In this document: piece by piece, positions 37,491 through 47,510 of the stretch | Layout: every line of letters starts with the position of its first letter | How positions within the stretch are numbered: position 1 is the first letter of the stretch | Source of the DNA: a candidate division WOR-3 bacterium | Lineage (GTDB): Bacteria > Hydrothermota > 32-111 | Assembly: GCA_039804205.1 (NCBI GenBank) | Contig: JBDRZY010000001.1 | Coordinates: 286,198 to 350,197 of the forward strand | Direction: 5' to 3' | Length of the DNA: 64,000 nt | Notes under the pieces: generated by a model | The model's database searches: none | Told to the model about the DNA's origin: nothing | The model's input: the letters and a program-made list of their open reading frames with translations, nothing else | Program-made: the position numbers and the translations under genes

Positions 37491-38395
37491 TAAAAGTCTC
37501 AGTTTTATGTTCAGCGTTCAATGAAGTTGAAAATGTTGAGGAACTTTTTGAAACTTTCGACAGGTTCAATCAAAGTCAGAATTATTCGTGGGAACTTGTT
37601 TTTGTGGATGATGGTTCTAATGATGGGACTTACAGAAAAGCTTTTGGGTTGTCAAAAAAATTCCAGAACATAAAAGTTTTAAAACATAAAAAAAATCTTG
37701 GCAAAACAGCCGGTATCTTAACAGCGAGAGAGGTCGCTTCAGGAGAAATTTTTGTCATCTATGATGCTGATATGCAATATTCTTTTGATGATTGTCTTAA
37801 ATTGGTAAAGAGAATAGAGAATGATGATTTTGATATCTGTACTGGCTGGAAACAGGGTAAATATAAAAAAGCGTTCGTCTCAAAGGTTTATAACTATCTT
37901 TCAAGAAAATTTTTCAATCTTCCAATACATGATCAAAATGGACTTAAAGCGTTCAAAAAAGAGGTTCTTGATTCGATCCATTTAAGAAGAGATTGGCACA
38001 GATATATTGTATCTCTTGCAATCGAAAAAGGGTTCTCTGTGACTGAAGAAAAGGTGACCCTTTACCCGAGAAAACATGGTGTTTCAAAATATTCGAGTTC
38101 ATTCAGAATTCTGATCGGATTGTTTGACCTTTTGACCGTTAAATTTTTAACAACATTTTTGAAAAAACCGATGATATTTTTTGGAATAAGTGGAGGTATT
38201 CTTTTCATACTTGGTTTTTTAATAGGTATTATTGCCTTGATCGTAAGATTCTTTTTTGGTTTTGGTTTTAGGCCAATTCTATATCTTGTGATACTTTTAA
38301 TAATTTCAGGTCTTTTGATGTTCATCCTTGGTTTTGTATCCGAACTGATATCGATAGTTATTGAGGATATCGAAGAGTTGAAAAAAAAGTTATGA
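37487..38395 (+). CDS. GT2 polyprenyl-phosphate sugar synthase (GtrB/DPM1-like) with C-terminal TM helices
   Basis: Motifs VSVLCSAFNE, VFVDDGSNDGT, VIYDADMQY and two C-terminal hydrophobic helices are present. Confidence 0.7.
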   Translation: MIKVSVLCSAFNEVENVEELFETFDRFNQSQNYSWELVFVDDGSNDGTYRKAFGLSKKFQNIKVLKHKKNLGKTAGILTAREVASGEIFVIYDADMQYSFDDCLKLVKRIENDDFDICTGWKQGKYKKAFVSKVYNYLSRKFFNLPIHDQNGLKAFKKEVLDSIHLRRDWHRYIVSLAIEKGFSVTEEKVTLYPRKHGVSKYSSSFRILIGLFDLLTVKFLTTFLKKPMIFFGISGGILFILGFLIGIIALIVRFFFGFGFRPILYLVILLIISGLLMFILGFVSELISIVIEDIEELKKKL

Positions 38396-39072
38396 AACTC
38401 TCCGTTATAATTCCAGTTTATAATGAAAAAGATTACATTTTAAAGATAATAGAAAAAGTAAAAAATGTTCCATTAGATAAAGAGATAATTGTTGTTGATG
38501 ATATGTCTACCGATGGAACAAGAGAGATTTTAAAAAATCTCAAAGATGATTCCATTAAAATAAAATTCCACGACAAAAATGTTGGTAAAGCTGGTGCGAT
38601 AAAAACTGGACAAAAATTTGTTACAGGAGATGTAGTTGTTATTCAGGATGCTGATCTTGAATATGATCCAAACGATTTAGTTAAACTCATGAAACCGATC
38701 ATCGAGGGGAAAAGTATCGCTTGTTATGGTAATAGATTTACTGAAGAGAACATAAAGAAATTAACTTTCTTACAGTTTCTGGGGAATATGATCATGACTT
38801 TTTCAACATCATTTTTTATTGGACAGAGAATAGAGGATATGGAGACATGTTATAAGATGGTGAGAAGCGATTATTTCAAAAGGATTGAAATCACTTCGAA
38901 AGGATTTGGAATAGATCCAGAGATAACGATGAAACTGAAAAGGATGGGAGTCAAGATTAAGGAGATCCCGATAAACTATTATCCAAGAAGTTATAAAGAG
39001 GGTAAAAAAATCAGAATCAAAGATGCGATAAGAACATTTTATACGATTTTAAAAATAGGTTTTTTTAATTGA
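38392..39072 (+). CDS. GT2 glycosyltransferase (DPM1-like polyprenyl-phosphate glycosyltransferase)
   Basis: Motifs LSVIIPVYNE, IIVVDDMSTDGT and VVVIQDADLEYDP are present. The start overlaps the upstream stop (ATGA). Confidence 0.7.
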   Translation: MKLSVIIPVYNEKDYILKIIEKVKNVPLDKEIIVVDDMSTDGTREILKNLKDDSIKIKFHDKNVGKAGAIKTGQKFVTGDVVVIQDADLEYDPNDLVKLMKPIIEGKSIACYGNRFTEENIKKLTFLQFLGNMIMTFSTSFFIGQRIEDMETCYKMVRSDYFKRIEITSKGFGIDPEITMKLKRMGVKIKEIPINYYPRSYKEGKKIRIKDAIRTFYTILKIGFFN

Positions 39073-39073
39073 T

Positions 39074-40240
39074 ATGAAATTACTCCATATAGCAACCGCC
39101 TTTAAAAGGAATAGAGAAGATATTATAACTCCCTGGCTTGTTGATCTTCTTGAAGAACAGTCGAAAACGAGTGAGGTTCTTGTTTTAACCTCAGGTTATA
39201 AAAATGTATCCAGAAAACAAAAATACAAGAAAATTAAAATTTTTAGATTCAACTATGCACCGAAAAATCTTATGAAGATTACCCATGATTATACGATAAT
39301 GGATTATTTGAAATTTAATAGGAAGGCATTCCTTCTTTTACCCTTATTTTTTTTAGCGGGAATAATTGAGAATTTAAAAATTTCCAAAAGTGAAAAGGTA
39401 GATTTTATATTTGTCCATTGGCCATTTCCACTTTTTTTTATCTCTTTTCCCGCAAAACTATTTTTAAAAAAGAAAATAATTTCTGTATTTTATGGTGCTG
39501 AATTAAAACTCTTCAAAAAAAATTTTTTTGGTAAAAAATTTATCCTCGATTTGATTTTGAGGAATTCTTATAAAATAGTTGCTATCTCTACATATACAAA
39601 AAAACAGATAGAAGAGATTGTTGGCAATGGAAAATACAGGATAGAAGTTATACCGTATGGTGTTCAGATTGACGAAAAAACCAATTTTTCGGAAAAAGAG
39701 AACATAATTCTTTTTGTTGGAAGATTGGTTGAGAGAAAGGGTGTAGATTATCTTATCAAAGCGATGAGGTTTATAAATGCTGATTATAAACTTTACATTG
39801 TTGGTGATGGGTATAAAAAAGGTGAACTTGAAAAATTGGTAAAAAAAGAAAAAGTTTCAGAACGTGTAAAATTTCTCGGTTTTGTGTGTGATAAGGATTT
39901 GATTGGATATTATAGAAAAAGTAAAATATTTGTTCTACCTGCAATCCATGACAGAAATGGTGATACAGAAGGACTTGGTATGGTTCTTGTTGAAGCGATC
40001 ATTAACGGAACGGTTTCAATAGGTACTAATGTTGGAGGAATCGTTGATATAATAGAGGATAGAGTGACGGGACTTTTGGTTACAGAAAAAGATGAAAAGG
40101 AACTCGCAGAAAAAATAAATTATCTTATCGAAAATGAAAAGGTTTACAGAGAGTTACAGGAAAACGGTTTTAGAAAAATAAGGGAAAAATTTTCGATCGA
40201 TAGAGTTAACAAAAAATACATGGATTTAGTCAATGAATAG
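39074..40240 (+). CDS. Glycosyltransferase family 4 (GT-B, group 1)
   Basis: A C-terminal EGLGMVLVEAIINGTVSIGTNVGGI..DRVTGLLV motif is present. Confidence 0.75.
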   Translation: MKLLHIATAFKRNREDIITPWLVDLLEEQSKTSEVLVLTSGYKNVSRKQKYKKIKIFRFNYAPKNLMKITHDYTIMDYLKFNRKAFLLLPLFFLAGIIENLKISKSEKVDFIFVHWPFPLFFISFPAKLFLKKKIISVFYGAELKLFKKNFFGKKFILDLILRNSYKIVAISTYTKKQIEEIVGNGKYRIEVIPYGVQIDEKTNFSEKENIILFVGRLVERKGVDYLIKAMRFINADYKLYIVGDGYKKGELEKLVKKEKVSERVKFLGFVCDKDLIGYYRKSKIFVLPAIHDRNGDTEGLGMVLVEAIINGTVSIGTNVGGIVDIIEDRVTGLLVTEKDEKELAEKINYLIENEKVYRELQENGFRKIREKFSIDRVNKKYMDLVNE

Positions 40241-41147
40241 AAGGGAAAAATTTTTTAATTTTATTTTGGTTGTAGTTGTTATTTTGATAGTTTTTTTTAT
40301 ATTCTATAAACTTTTTGGTTATATAAAACAGGTCAATTTTAAATCTGTTAAGTTCAATTTCTATTTTCTTACACTCTCTTTTATGATGATACCTGTGTGG
40401 TATTTTTTTATGTGTTTTTCATTTAAAAGGATTCTAAAATCTTTAGGACATGATGTTGATCTTTATACATTGATGAGGATAATAGGAATTTCAATGTTTG
40501 GTAAGTATATTCCAGGGAAACTCTGGTTTACTGTTGGAAGAATAGCATTGCTTGAAAGAGTTGGTGTTCCAAAGAAAAAATCTTTCACTGCCGTTGTTCT
40601 TGAAACATATCTGCTTCTTTTGACGGGTGCGTTTTTCTTTCTTGTTACACTGATCAGGTTGGATCAAAACATTTTTTATATCATTCTATCTTTAACACTT
40701 TTTCTATTTTTCATACTGTTATCGTTGCCAGTCGTTTTTACAAAAGTTATAAATATCCTGTTCAGATTTTTGAAAAAGGAAAAATTTGATTTTGTTATCA
40801 AATTTCGTGAATACATTTTTATAATGCTTCTTTATTTTTTGGTATGGATCTTTTCAGGTGTTGAGTTTTATTTTTTGATATACTCTTTCACATTAAAAAC
40901 TTACGATTTCGTAGGACTGTTGAGCGTTTATCCTTCAAGCTGGGTTGTTGGATTCTTATCTCTTTTAATGCCTGCTGGTATAGGTGTGAGAGAAGGTATG
41001 ATGTTCTTTCTTTTGAAAGGATACACTGGAAATGAAATAGCTGTTATCGGCTCTCTGCTCTCAAGAATTCAAGTTACAATAGGTGAAATATTCTATCTTT
41101 TCTTCTTTATAGGTGATAAAAAAATATGGAGGAAAAATGAAAAATAG
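40233..41147 (+). CDS. Flippase-like membrane protein (LPG-synthase-TM/UPF0104 family)
   Basis: The protein is polytopic. Its GISMFGKYIPGKLWFTVGRIALLERVGV motif resembles the MprF/AglD2-type lipid-flippase TM region. Confidence 0.5.
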   Translation: MNRREKFFNFILVVVVILIVFFIFYKLFGYIKQVNFKSVKFNFYFLTLSFMMIPVWYFFMCFSFKRILKSLGHDVDLYTLMRIIGISMFGKYIPGKLWFTVGRIALLERVGVPKKKSFTAVVLETYLLLLTGAFFFLVTLIRLDQNIFYIILSLTLFLFFILLSLPVVFTKVINILFRFLKKEKFDFVIKFREYIFIMLLYFLVWIFSGVEFYFLIYSFTLKTYDFVGLLSVYPSSWVVGFLSLLMPAGIGVREGMMFFLLKGYTGNEIAVIGSLLSRIQVTIGEIFYLFFFIGDKKIWRKNEK

Positions 41148-43629
41148 TATTGGAAAAGACACCGTTTACATTTTAATTCTTGCGATTTTGCCATTGATAA
41201 TTTTTGGAAAAGTTCTTTTCACAGGAAAGATGCTATTTGGAACAGATTGGGTTATGGGAGAGTATATACAGAGATATTTTGTTCAGGAAAATATAATGAG
41301 TGGGAATTTTCCTTTATGGAATCCTATGAAATTCGCAGGGATTCCGACAGGCGAGGGATTCCTTGGGGATATATTCTATCCTGTGACTCTATTTTTAAAG
41401 TTGTTTATCCCGATGTTTATCCTGTGGACTCTGACTTTTGTAATTCATTCGTTTGTAGCAGGATTTGGAACATACATTTTTCTAAAAGAGTTAACAGAAA
41501 GTAAAGATATATCTTTCTTTGGAAGTATTTCTTATATGTTCACCGGAATAATTTTAACTGAAACATATGGTGGACATGATGGAAGAGTTATCGTTATGTC
41601 CTATCTGCCACTTGTTATGTATTTTGTCTATATGGGGTTTCAAAAAGAAAAATTGTTTTATTATGGATTTGGAGGGATCGCTTCAGGATTTATGTTTCTT
41701 TCAGGTCACATTCAGTCATCTTACTATGTTTTATTAACCTCACTCTTTTTCATATCATTTTTACATATTGACCGCGATTTTAAACACAAATATAGAAACT
41801 GGACTTTTTTTGTTTCATTCATTTTGGGAGTGATTTTTTCGTTTGTAAACAGGAATTTAGGTTTTTTAATTTTTCTTATGATAACAGTGTTTTTACCGAT
41901 GGTACTTGATAAGAATTTTAACAAAAAAAGTCTGATGATATATTCTTCTTTAATCTTTTTTACCTTTATTACTTTTCTTGTTTCGGCGGTTCAATATGTT
42001 CCAATTTTAAGATTTTTGCCTGATGCTGCAAGGGGAATATCGAGAGATTATAACTATTCTATCAGTTGGTCAATGGGATTTCCCGATATTATTGACATGT
42101 TCTTCCATGGTTTCTCTGGTGTAAACGTTGGACAGATCAACACATATTGGGGTGAAAATCCCTTCAAACTTCACCACTCCTATCCAGGAATACTGGTAAT
42201 GTTTTTTGGATTGGCTGGAATTTTCAAAAGTAAAAAGGATAGAGTTCAAAAATTTTTTACGATTGTTTTCTTTATAACTCTTTTAATTGCACTTGGTGGA
42301 AAGACCCCATTTTTTAGATTTTTCTGGATGATGTTTCCGTATTTTGATAAATTCAGAGCACCCGAACTCATCATCTTTATAAATATTTTCTGTCTTGTAA
42401 CATTATCATCTTTTATATTAAAGGATAATGACTCAAAATCTTTGAGAATATCTTTGATTCTGATAACTCTTCTTGGTCTTTCGATTATTCTTTTCCCAGG
42501 TATATACGAGGATATTTTTTCAAAAAATATTTTAAAAACTTTTTCTGAGAATTTAAAACAGATGAGAATTAATAACCTCAGATATTGTTTGAACAGTGTA
42601 AAATCAGTAATTGTTTTCAATATAATAATTATCTTTTCAGTTTTCTTTGTTATTTCAAAATTTAAACGTATCAACACATTATATCTTTTGCTATCTTTGA
42701 GTTTATTTCAATTTTTTGAGATGTATTATTATTCCAAAGATTATATAGTTTCAGTTCCGTCACCTGGTGAATACTATCGAAAGGATGAGGTTGTTTCACA
42801 GATCCAGAAAGATATGGATCTCTTTCGAGTTTTTCCAATTTCCTATGGTGAAAACGATTTTTTAAATCTCTATGGAATCCAAACAATATCTGGCATACAT
42901 CCAAGTCCTTTTTATGAATATCAGATCTTTATCAACAATCCCGGTTCTGTCATGTTCAATCCACAAACATTGTTTGACAAAAAGAACAGGCTGAAGTTGT
43001 TGAATGTGAAATACCTGATAACTCCAAAAATTCCCGAGGATACAACAGGATACCCTGTTTCAACACAGAATATGATTGTTTTCTATCAAAACCTTTTTAG
43101 AAATATGGGATTTCAACCATTCTTCTATGGCAACGATTATATGTTGCATATTTCAACCGATTTTGTTCCAAGATTTTTCGTTGTGGATTCTTTTATAAAA
43201 GTAAATAGTATAAATGAAGCTTTGAGTATAATCGATAGAGAAGATTTCAATCCAAGAAAATATGCGATTCTTGAAAACTCAGAAGTAGATTTACAAAAAA
43301 CCGATGGGAATTTAGAGTATAGAATAGATTCTATAATCTATACACCCAACAGAGTTTCTCTCACGGTCCAAACAAACAAAGAATCTATACTTTTGATGCT
43401 TGACCAGTACTATAAAGGATGGAAAGTTGATGTAAATGGCAATTGTTCTCAACTGTTGAAGGCTGATGGAATATTCAGAGGAGTGAAGATTGAAAAAGGG
43501 AAAAATAAGATCACATTTTCTTTCTCCCCGAATTTACAGTTTGTTTCACTTCTGATATCAATTTTCGGAATAATTATTGCCCTTTCAGTTTTCTTTTTTG
43601 AAAAAAGGATAATGTTGAACAGAAGATAA
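41137..43629 (+). CDS. YfhO family membrane glycosyltransferase (GT-C fold)
   Basis: GGAGG lies 4 nt before the ATG at 41137. The six-frame ORF starts at 41113. The N-terminus LFGTDWVMGEYIQ..FPLWNPMKFAGIP, multiple TM helices and a large C-terminal periplasmic domain are typical of YfhO. Confidence 0.65.
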   Translation: MKNSIGKDTVYILILAILPLIIFGKVLFTGKMLFGTDWVMGEYIQRYFVQENIMSGNFPLWNPMKFAGIPTGEGFLGDIFYPVTLFLKLFIPMFILWTLTFVIHSFVAGFGTYIFLKELTESKDISFFGSISYMFTGIILTETYGGHDGRVIVMSYLPLVMYFVYMGFQKEKLFYYGFGGIASGFMFLSGHIQSSYYVLLTSLFFISFLHIDRDFKHKYRNWTFFVSFILGVIFSFVNRNLGFLIFLMITVFLPMVLDKNFNKKSLMIYSSLIFFTFITFLVSAVQYVPILRFLPDAARGISRDYNYSISWSMGFPDIIDMFFHGFSGVNVGQINTYWGENPFKLHHSYPGILVMFFGLAGIFKSKKDRVQKFFTIVFFITLLIALGGKTPFFRFFWMMFPYFDKFRAPELIIFINIFCLVTLSSFILKDNDSKSLRISLILITLLGLSIILFPGIYEDIFSKNILKTFSENLKQMRINNLRYCLNSVKSVIVFNIIIIFSVFFVISKFKRINTLYLLLSLSLFQFFEMYYYSKDYIVSVPSPGEYYRKDEVVSQIQKDMDLFRVFPISYGENDFLNLYGIQTISGIHPSPFYEYQIFINNPGSVMFNPQTLFDKKNRLKLLNVKYLITPKIPEDTTGYPVSTQNMIVFYQNLFRNMGFQPFFYGNDYMLHISTDFVPRFFVVDSFIKVNSINEALSIIDREDFNPRKYAILENSEVDLQKTDGNLEYRIDSIIYTPNRVSLTVQTNKESILLMLDQYYKGWKVDVNGNCSQLLKADGIFRGVKIEKGKNKITFSFSPNLQFVSLLISIFGIIIALSVFFFEKRIMLNRR

Positions 43630-43660
43630 AATTTTTGTATAATTTATGAGAGGTTAATTT

Positions 43661-44374
43661 ATGAGAACTTTAATAATTATTCCAACTTACAACGAAAAGG
43701 ATAACATAGAAAAAATTATCAATTCAGTTTTAAAACAGGATGAATCGATTGAAGTACTTATTATCGATGATAATTCACCTGATAAAACAGCTGATATTGT
43801 GAAAGGTATGATCGAGAAGGATAAGAGGATAAATCTTATTCAGAGACCTAAAAAAATGGGACTTGGAACCGCTTATGTTCTTGGATTCAAGTACGCGATA
43901 GAGAAAGGATATGATTATGTTTTTGAAATGGATGCTGATTTTTCTCATGATCCTGATGATATAAAAAGATTTTTGAAAGAGATCCAGAATTATGATCTTG
44001 TTATTGGATCAAGGTATTGCAATGGGGTCAGTGTTGTAAACTGGCCAATGAAACGACTTTTGCTTTCATATTTTGCAAACATTTATGCTAAATTGATAAC
44101 AGGTGTTCCAATAGATGATCTCACTGGTGGTTTCAAATGTTATAGAGTATCCTTTTTGAAAAACATAGATCTTTCAAAAATAAAATCTGATGGATACGCT
44201 TTTCAAATAGAGATAGATGTAAAAATTTATAGAAAAAATGGAAGGGTTAAAGAGATTCCAATAATTTTCAGAGATAGAGTTGATGGTTATTCAAAGATGA
44301 ACAAAAAGATTATATGGGAAGCTTTTTGGCTTGTCTGGAGATTGAGAATTCTAACCATTTTGAAAAAGTTATGA
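43661..44374 (+). CDS. GT2 polyprenol-monophosphomannose/glucose synthase (DPM1-like)
   Basis: Motifs LIIIPTYNE, LIIDDNSPDKT and YVFEMDADFSHDP are present. Confidence 0.75.
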   Translation: MRTLIIIPTYNEKDNIEKIINSVLKQDESIEVLIIDDNSPDKTADIVKGMIEKDKRINLIQRPKKMGLGTAYVLGFKYAIEKGYDYVFEMDADFSHDPDDIKRFLKEIQNYDLVIGSRYCNGVSVVNWPMKRLLLSYFANIYAKLITGVPIDDLTGGFKCYRVSFLKNIDLSKIKSDGYAFQIEIDVKIYRKNGRVKEIPIIFRDRVDGYSKMNKKIIWEAFWLVWRLRILTILKKL

Positions 44375-45258
44375 TAAGTGTAATAGTTGTAACTTATAAT
44401 TCAGAAAAATTCATAAGAAGTTGTTTGAAGAGTGTTATCTCCTCTTTTAAAAAAAGGGAGTTTGAAATAATAGTTGTAGATAACTGTTCCTCTGATAGTA
44501 CCGCAAGAATAGTTTATGATGAGTTTAAAAATGTCAGGTTGATAAGATTGAAAAAGAATAAAGGATTTGCATACGCAAACAACCTTGCTATGGAGAGGAG
44601 TAATGGTGATTTTCTCTGTTTGTTAAACCCTGACACCATAGTGACCGAAAACGCACTTGAAAGGATGGCAGATTTTCTTGAAAGAAACGACGATGTCGGG
44701 ATGGTTGGAGCGAAATTAAAAAATTTTGATGGAAGTTTACAGCTCTCATGTAGAAGGTTTCCAAACTATCTGAATGTTTTTTTTGGTAGAAAATCACTTT
44801 TAAGAAACATTTTTCCAAACAACCCGATAAGTAAAGATTTTATGCTTGAATATCTTGATTATGATAAAATACAGGATGTTGATTGGATGATGGGTGCGGC
44901 TGTAATGTTAAAAAAAGATCTGGTAGAAAAAATTGGTTTCTTTGATGAAAATTTTAAACTTTTTGTTGAGGATACCGATCTGTGTTATAGGATCAAAAAA
45001 TCAGGGAAAAGGGTTGTTTTTTTACCCGATGCTATTGTTTTCCATTTTCATGGGGCGAGTGTGAAAGAGGGTTTTTCCAGAGCTCAGGTTTACCACAACC
45101 TTGGAATGTTTAATTTCTTTAGAAAACATTTTATAAAAACTGGAATCTTTAAATTCATACTTTACTGTGGGATCATCATAAGATTATATTTTGTTTTTTT
45201 ATTCTCTCTATTTGAAAGGTTGTTAACCAATGTTAAAGGTAAAACAAATTTAAACTGA
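44371..45258 (+). CDS. GT2 glycosyltransferase (rhamnosyl/galactofuranosyl-transferase-like)
   Basis: The preferred start is Met at 44371 (ATGA overlap). Motifs ISVIVVTYNSEKF, IIVVDNCSSDST, NKGFAYANN and DTDLCYR are present. Confidence 0.7.
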   Translation: MISVIVVTYNSEKFIRSCLKSVISSFKKREFEIIVVDNCSSDSTARIVYDEFKNVRLIRLKKNKGFAYANNLAMERSNGDFLCLLNPDTIVTENALERMADFLERNDDVGMVGAKLKNFDGSLQLSCRRFPNYLNVFFGRKSLLRNIFPNNPISKDFMLEYLDYDKIQDVDWMMGAAVMLKKDLVEKIGFFDENFKLFVEDTDLCYRIKKSGKRVVFLPDAIVFHFHGASVKEGFSRAQVYHNLGMFNFFRKHFIKTGIFKFILYCGIIIRLYFVFLFSLFERLLTNVKGKTNLN

Positions 45259-45269
45259 AGGGGATTAAA

Positions 45270-46106
45270 ATGGAAAAAACAAGTGAAAGGTTGGATCCTG
45301 AAATCTTAACCCAGAACAACGAGTCGTTTCCTCTTTTAATTTTTCATAAAATGTCCTATGAACTCATACAAGATTATGTTAAGGATAAAGTTGTACTTGA
45401 TTTTGGGTGTGGTTTTGGATATGGAAGTCAAATATTGAAAAAATATGCAAAAAAAGTTGTTGGTGTAGACCTTTCTCCAGATGTGATTAAAATCGCAAGG
45501 GAAAAATATGGTCAGGAAAATCTTGAGTTTTTACTTATAGATAAACTTGAAAAAAAGGGGCTGATGTTCCAGGACAAAAATTTTGATGTTGTTGTTGCGT
45601 TTCAGGTTCTTGAACACATGGAAAATATAGATCTATTCTTTTTTGAGATGAAGAGAATTTTAAAAGATGATGGTGTTTTGATCCTTACAACTCCAAACTC
45701 AAATTTAAGGTTACTACCCTTTCAAACACCATGGAACCATCATCACATAAGAGAGTTCAACTATTATGAACTTGATTCTATTCTTGCAAAATATTTTGAT
45801 TTTTACAAGATCTTTGGAATAACGTTCACAGGAATTCCTTTAAAAAATGAAATCGGTAGAATCACAAAACTAAAAATTTTTCTTTATCCCTTCACAAATA
45901 TTTTTGTTCCAAACAGGTTAAAATTAAACATACTACAATTTTTATGGGATCTTTTCAGAAGGAAAGATGTTCTGAATATAATTTTTAGAAATAGAAAAAA
46001 AAGAAAACCTGTTTTCAATGAAAAAACTTTATCAAAAAAAGTTTTAATAACCGATGATCCAAGAAAAAAATGGTTGAGTTTTATAACATTCTGCTATAAA
46101 AAATGA
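45270..46106 (+). CDS. Class I SAM-dependent methyltransferase
   Basis: Motif I is VLDFGCGFGYGS. Post I is VVGVDLS. Confidence 0.7.
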   Translation: MEKTSERLDPEILTQNNESFPLLIFHKMSYELIQDYVKDKVVLDFGCGFGYGSQILKKYAKKVVGVDLSPDVIKIAREKYGQENLEFLLIDKLEKKGLMFQDKNFDVVVAFQVLEHMENIDLFFFEMKRILKDDGVLILTTPNSNLRLLPFQTPWNHHHIREFNYYELDSILAKYFDFYKIFGITFTGIPLKNEIGRITKLKIFLYPFTNIFVPNRLKLNILQFLWDLFRRKDVLNIIFRNRKKRKPVFNEKTLSKKVLITDDPRKKWLSFITFCYKK

Positions 46107-46666
46107 AAATAGGAATAACCGGTAAATTTGGATCTGGAAAAACTACATTCGCAGAATTCCTTTCAAAGGGAAAAATAAAAATAATTTTCGGTGATGAACT
46201 GGGGAAAGAACTTTTGCGGGAAAATCAAAAAGATATATTTGCTTATCTCGGTTTAAAACATGATCAAAACTATATTGAAAGGTTAAAGGAGAGTATTGTG
46301 AAAGATGAGAATCTTTTCGTTAAATACAACAACTGGATGTACACTCATCTTCCCGATTACATAATAGAAAATTGTGAAAAATATGATGATGTGATTCTGG
46401 ATGCCGCACTCATTTACGAATGGCAGATAGATTATTATTTTGATACAATAATACTTATAAAAGATGGTGATTTTGAGGAAAGATTTAGAAGAATTTTTGA
46501 AAAAAGGGGAGGTGCTGACAGGGAACTCTATAAGTTGCTTGATAGATACCAGTGGTCGGATGATAAAAAAATACTTTTCAGTGATTTTGTTGTTGAAAAT
46601 ACTGGTTCTATAGAACAATTAAAGAAGAGTGCTGATGAAATTTTTAAAAAGATTTTTACTTCTTAG
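46103..46666 (+). CDS. coaE: Dephospho-CoA kinase-like P-loop kinase
   Basis: Motifs MKIGITGKFGSGKTTFAEFL, DAALIYEW and RFRRIFEKRG are present. The C-terminus is VVENTGSIEQLKK, matching the CoaE pattern (VI.N.G....L). The 187-aa length fits. Confidence 0.55.
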   Translation: MKIGITGKFGSGKTTFAEFLSKGKIKIIFGDELGKELLRENQKDIFAYLGLKHDQNYIERLKESIVKDENLFVKYNNWMYTHLPDYIIENCEKYDDVILDAALIYEWQIDYYFDTIILIKDGDFEERFRRIFEKRGGADRELYKLLDRYQWSDDKKILFSDFVVENTGSIEQLKKSADEIFKKIFTS

Positions 46667-47510
46667 TTTTTTTCTTCTTTTAAAAGTTGATTTTTTTTGT
46701 CTTGATTTTGATGCAAAACTCTCCTTTTTACTTCTTGAAAAACAATGTTCTTTTGGAGCAAGGGTACCAGGTAGTGAAGCACATAGAAAAACTGTTGATT
46801 TTATCGTTAATTTTTTGAAAAATTATGTTGATACTGTTTATGTTCAAAAATTTAAAAAAAGGGTTTCATATTCAAAAAAAGAAATCGAGTTCTGTAATAT
46901 AATAGGAATTTTAAACAAAGAAAAAGAAGAAAACGTTATGTTATTTTCACACTTTGATTCAAGGCCTTTTTCCAATGTAAAAGGGAGACCAACCCCTGGT
47001 GCAAACGATGGAGCTTCTTCAACTGCTCTTCTTTTGGTACTTGCAAAATTTTTTAAAGAAAACAAATACAACGAGAGAATAGATTTTGTTTTTTTTGATG
47101 GAGAGGATGGTGGGACAGTTACACATCCGGAAGAATGGTTCATCGGTTCAAAGTTTTTTGCAGAAAACTATGCTGGGAAGATTCCAAAAGTTTCAATACT
47201 TGTTGATATGGTGGGAGATTGTGATCTGACGATAAAAAGGGAAATCAACTCTGAATTTGCAAATTCTAAACTCTATGACAAAATATTTGAAAAGGCAAAA
47301 AAGTTAAATAAAAAAAGTTTTGTAAACATGATAGGTTATCCTGTTGAAGATGATCATATACCTTTAAACAAAAAAGGATTTAAATGTGTTGATATAATAG
47401 ATATCGAATACAGGTACTGGCATACGATATATGATACTCCCGATAAATGTAGTGAGAACAGTTTGAAAGATGTTGCGGAGGTTTTAATTGAAACAATATA
47501 TGACAGATAG
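46629..47510 (+). CDS. Secreted M28-family glutaminyl-peptide cyclotransferase-like protein
   Basis: A signal peptide is present. FVFFDGEDGG..WFIGSKFFA parallels animal-type QC FFDGEEAF..SLYGSRHLA. FSHFDSRPF provides the metal-binding Asp. Confidence 0.5.
   Translation: MLMKFLKRFLLLSFFLLLKVDFFCLDFDAKLSFLLLEKQCSFGARVPGSEAHRKTVDFIVNFLKNYVDTVYVQKFKKRVSYSKKEIEFCNIIGILNKEKEENVMLFSHFDSRPFSNVKGRPTPGANDGASSTALLLVLAKFFKENKYNERIDFVFFDGEDGGTVTHPEEWFIGSKFFAENYAGKIPKVSILVDMVGDCDLTIKREINSEFANSKLYDKIFEKAKKLNKKSFVNMIGYPVEDDHIPLNKKGFKCVDIIDIEYRYWHTIYDTPDKCSENSLKDVAEVLIETIYDR

Noticed and set aside
41247-41504. 85-aa plus-strand ORF within the yfhO-like gene in another frame
   Set aside because: The overlapping long frame carries the recognisable YfhO N-terminal motif. 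The alternative frame has no features.
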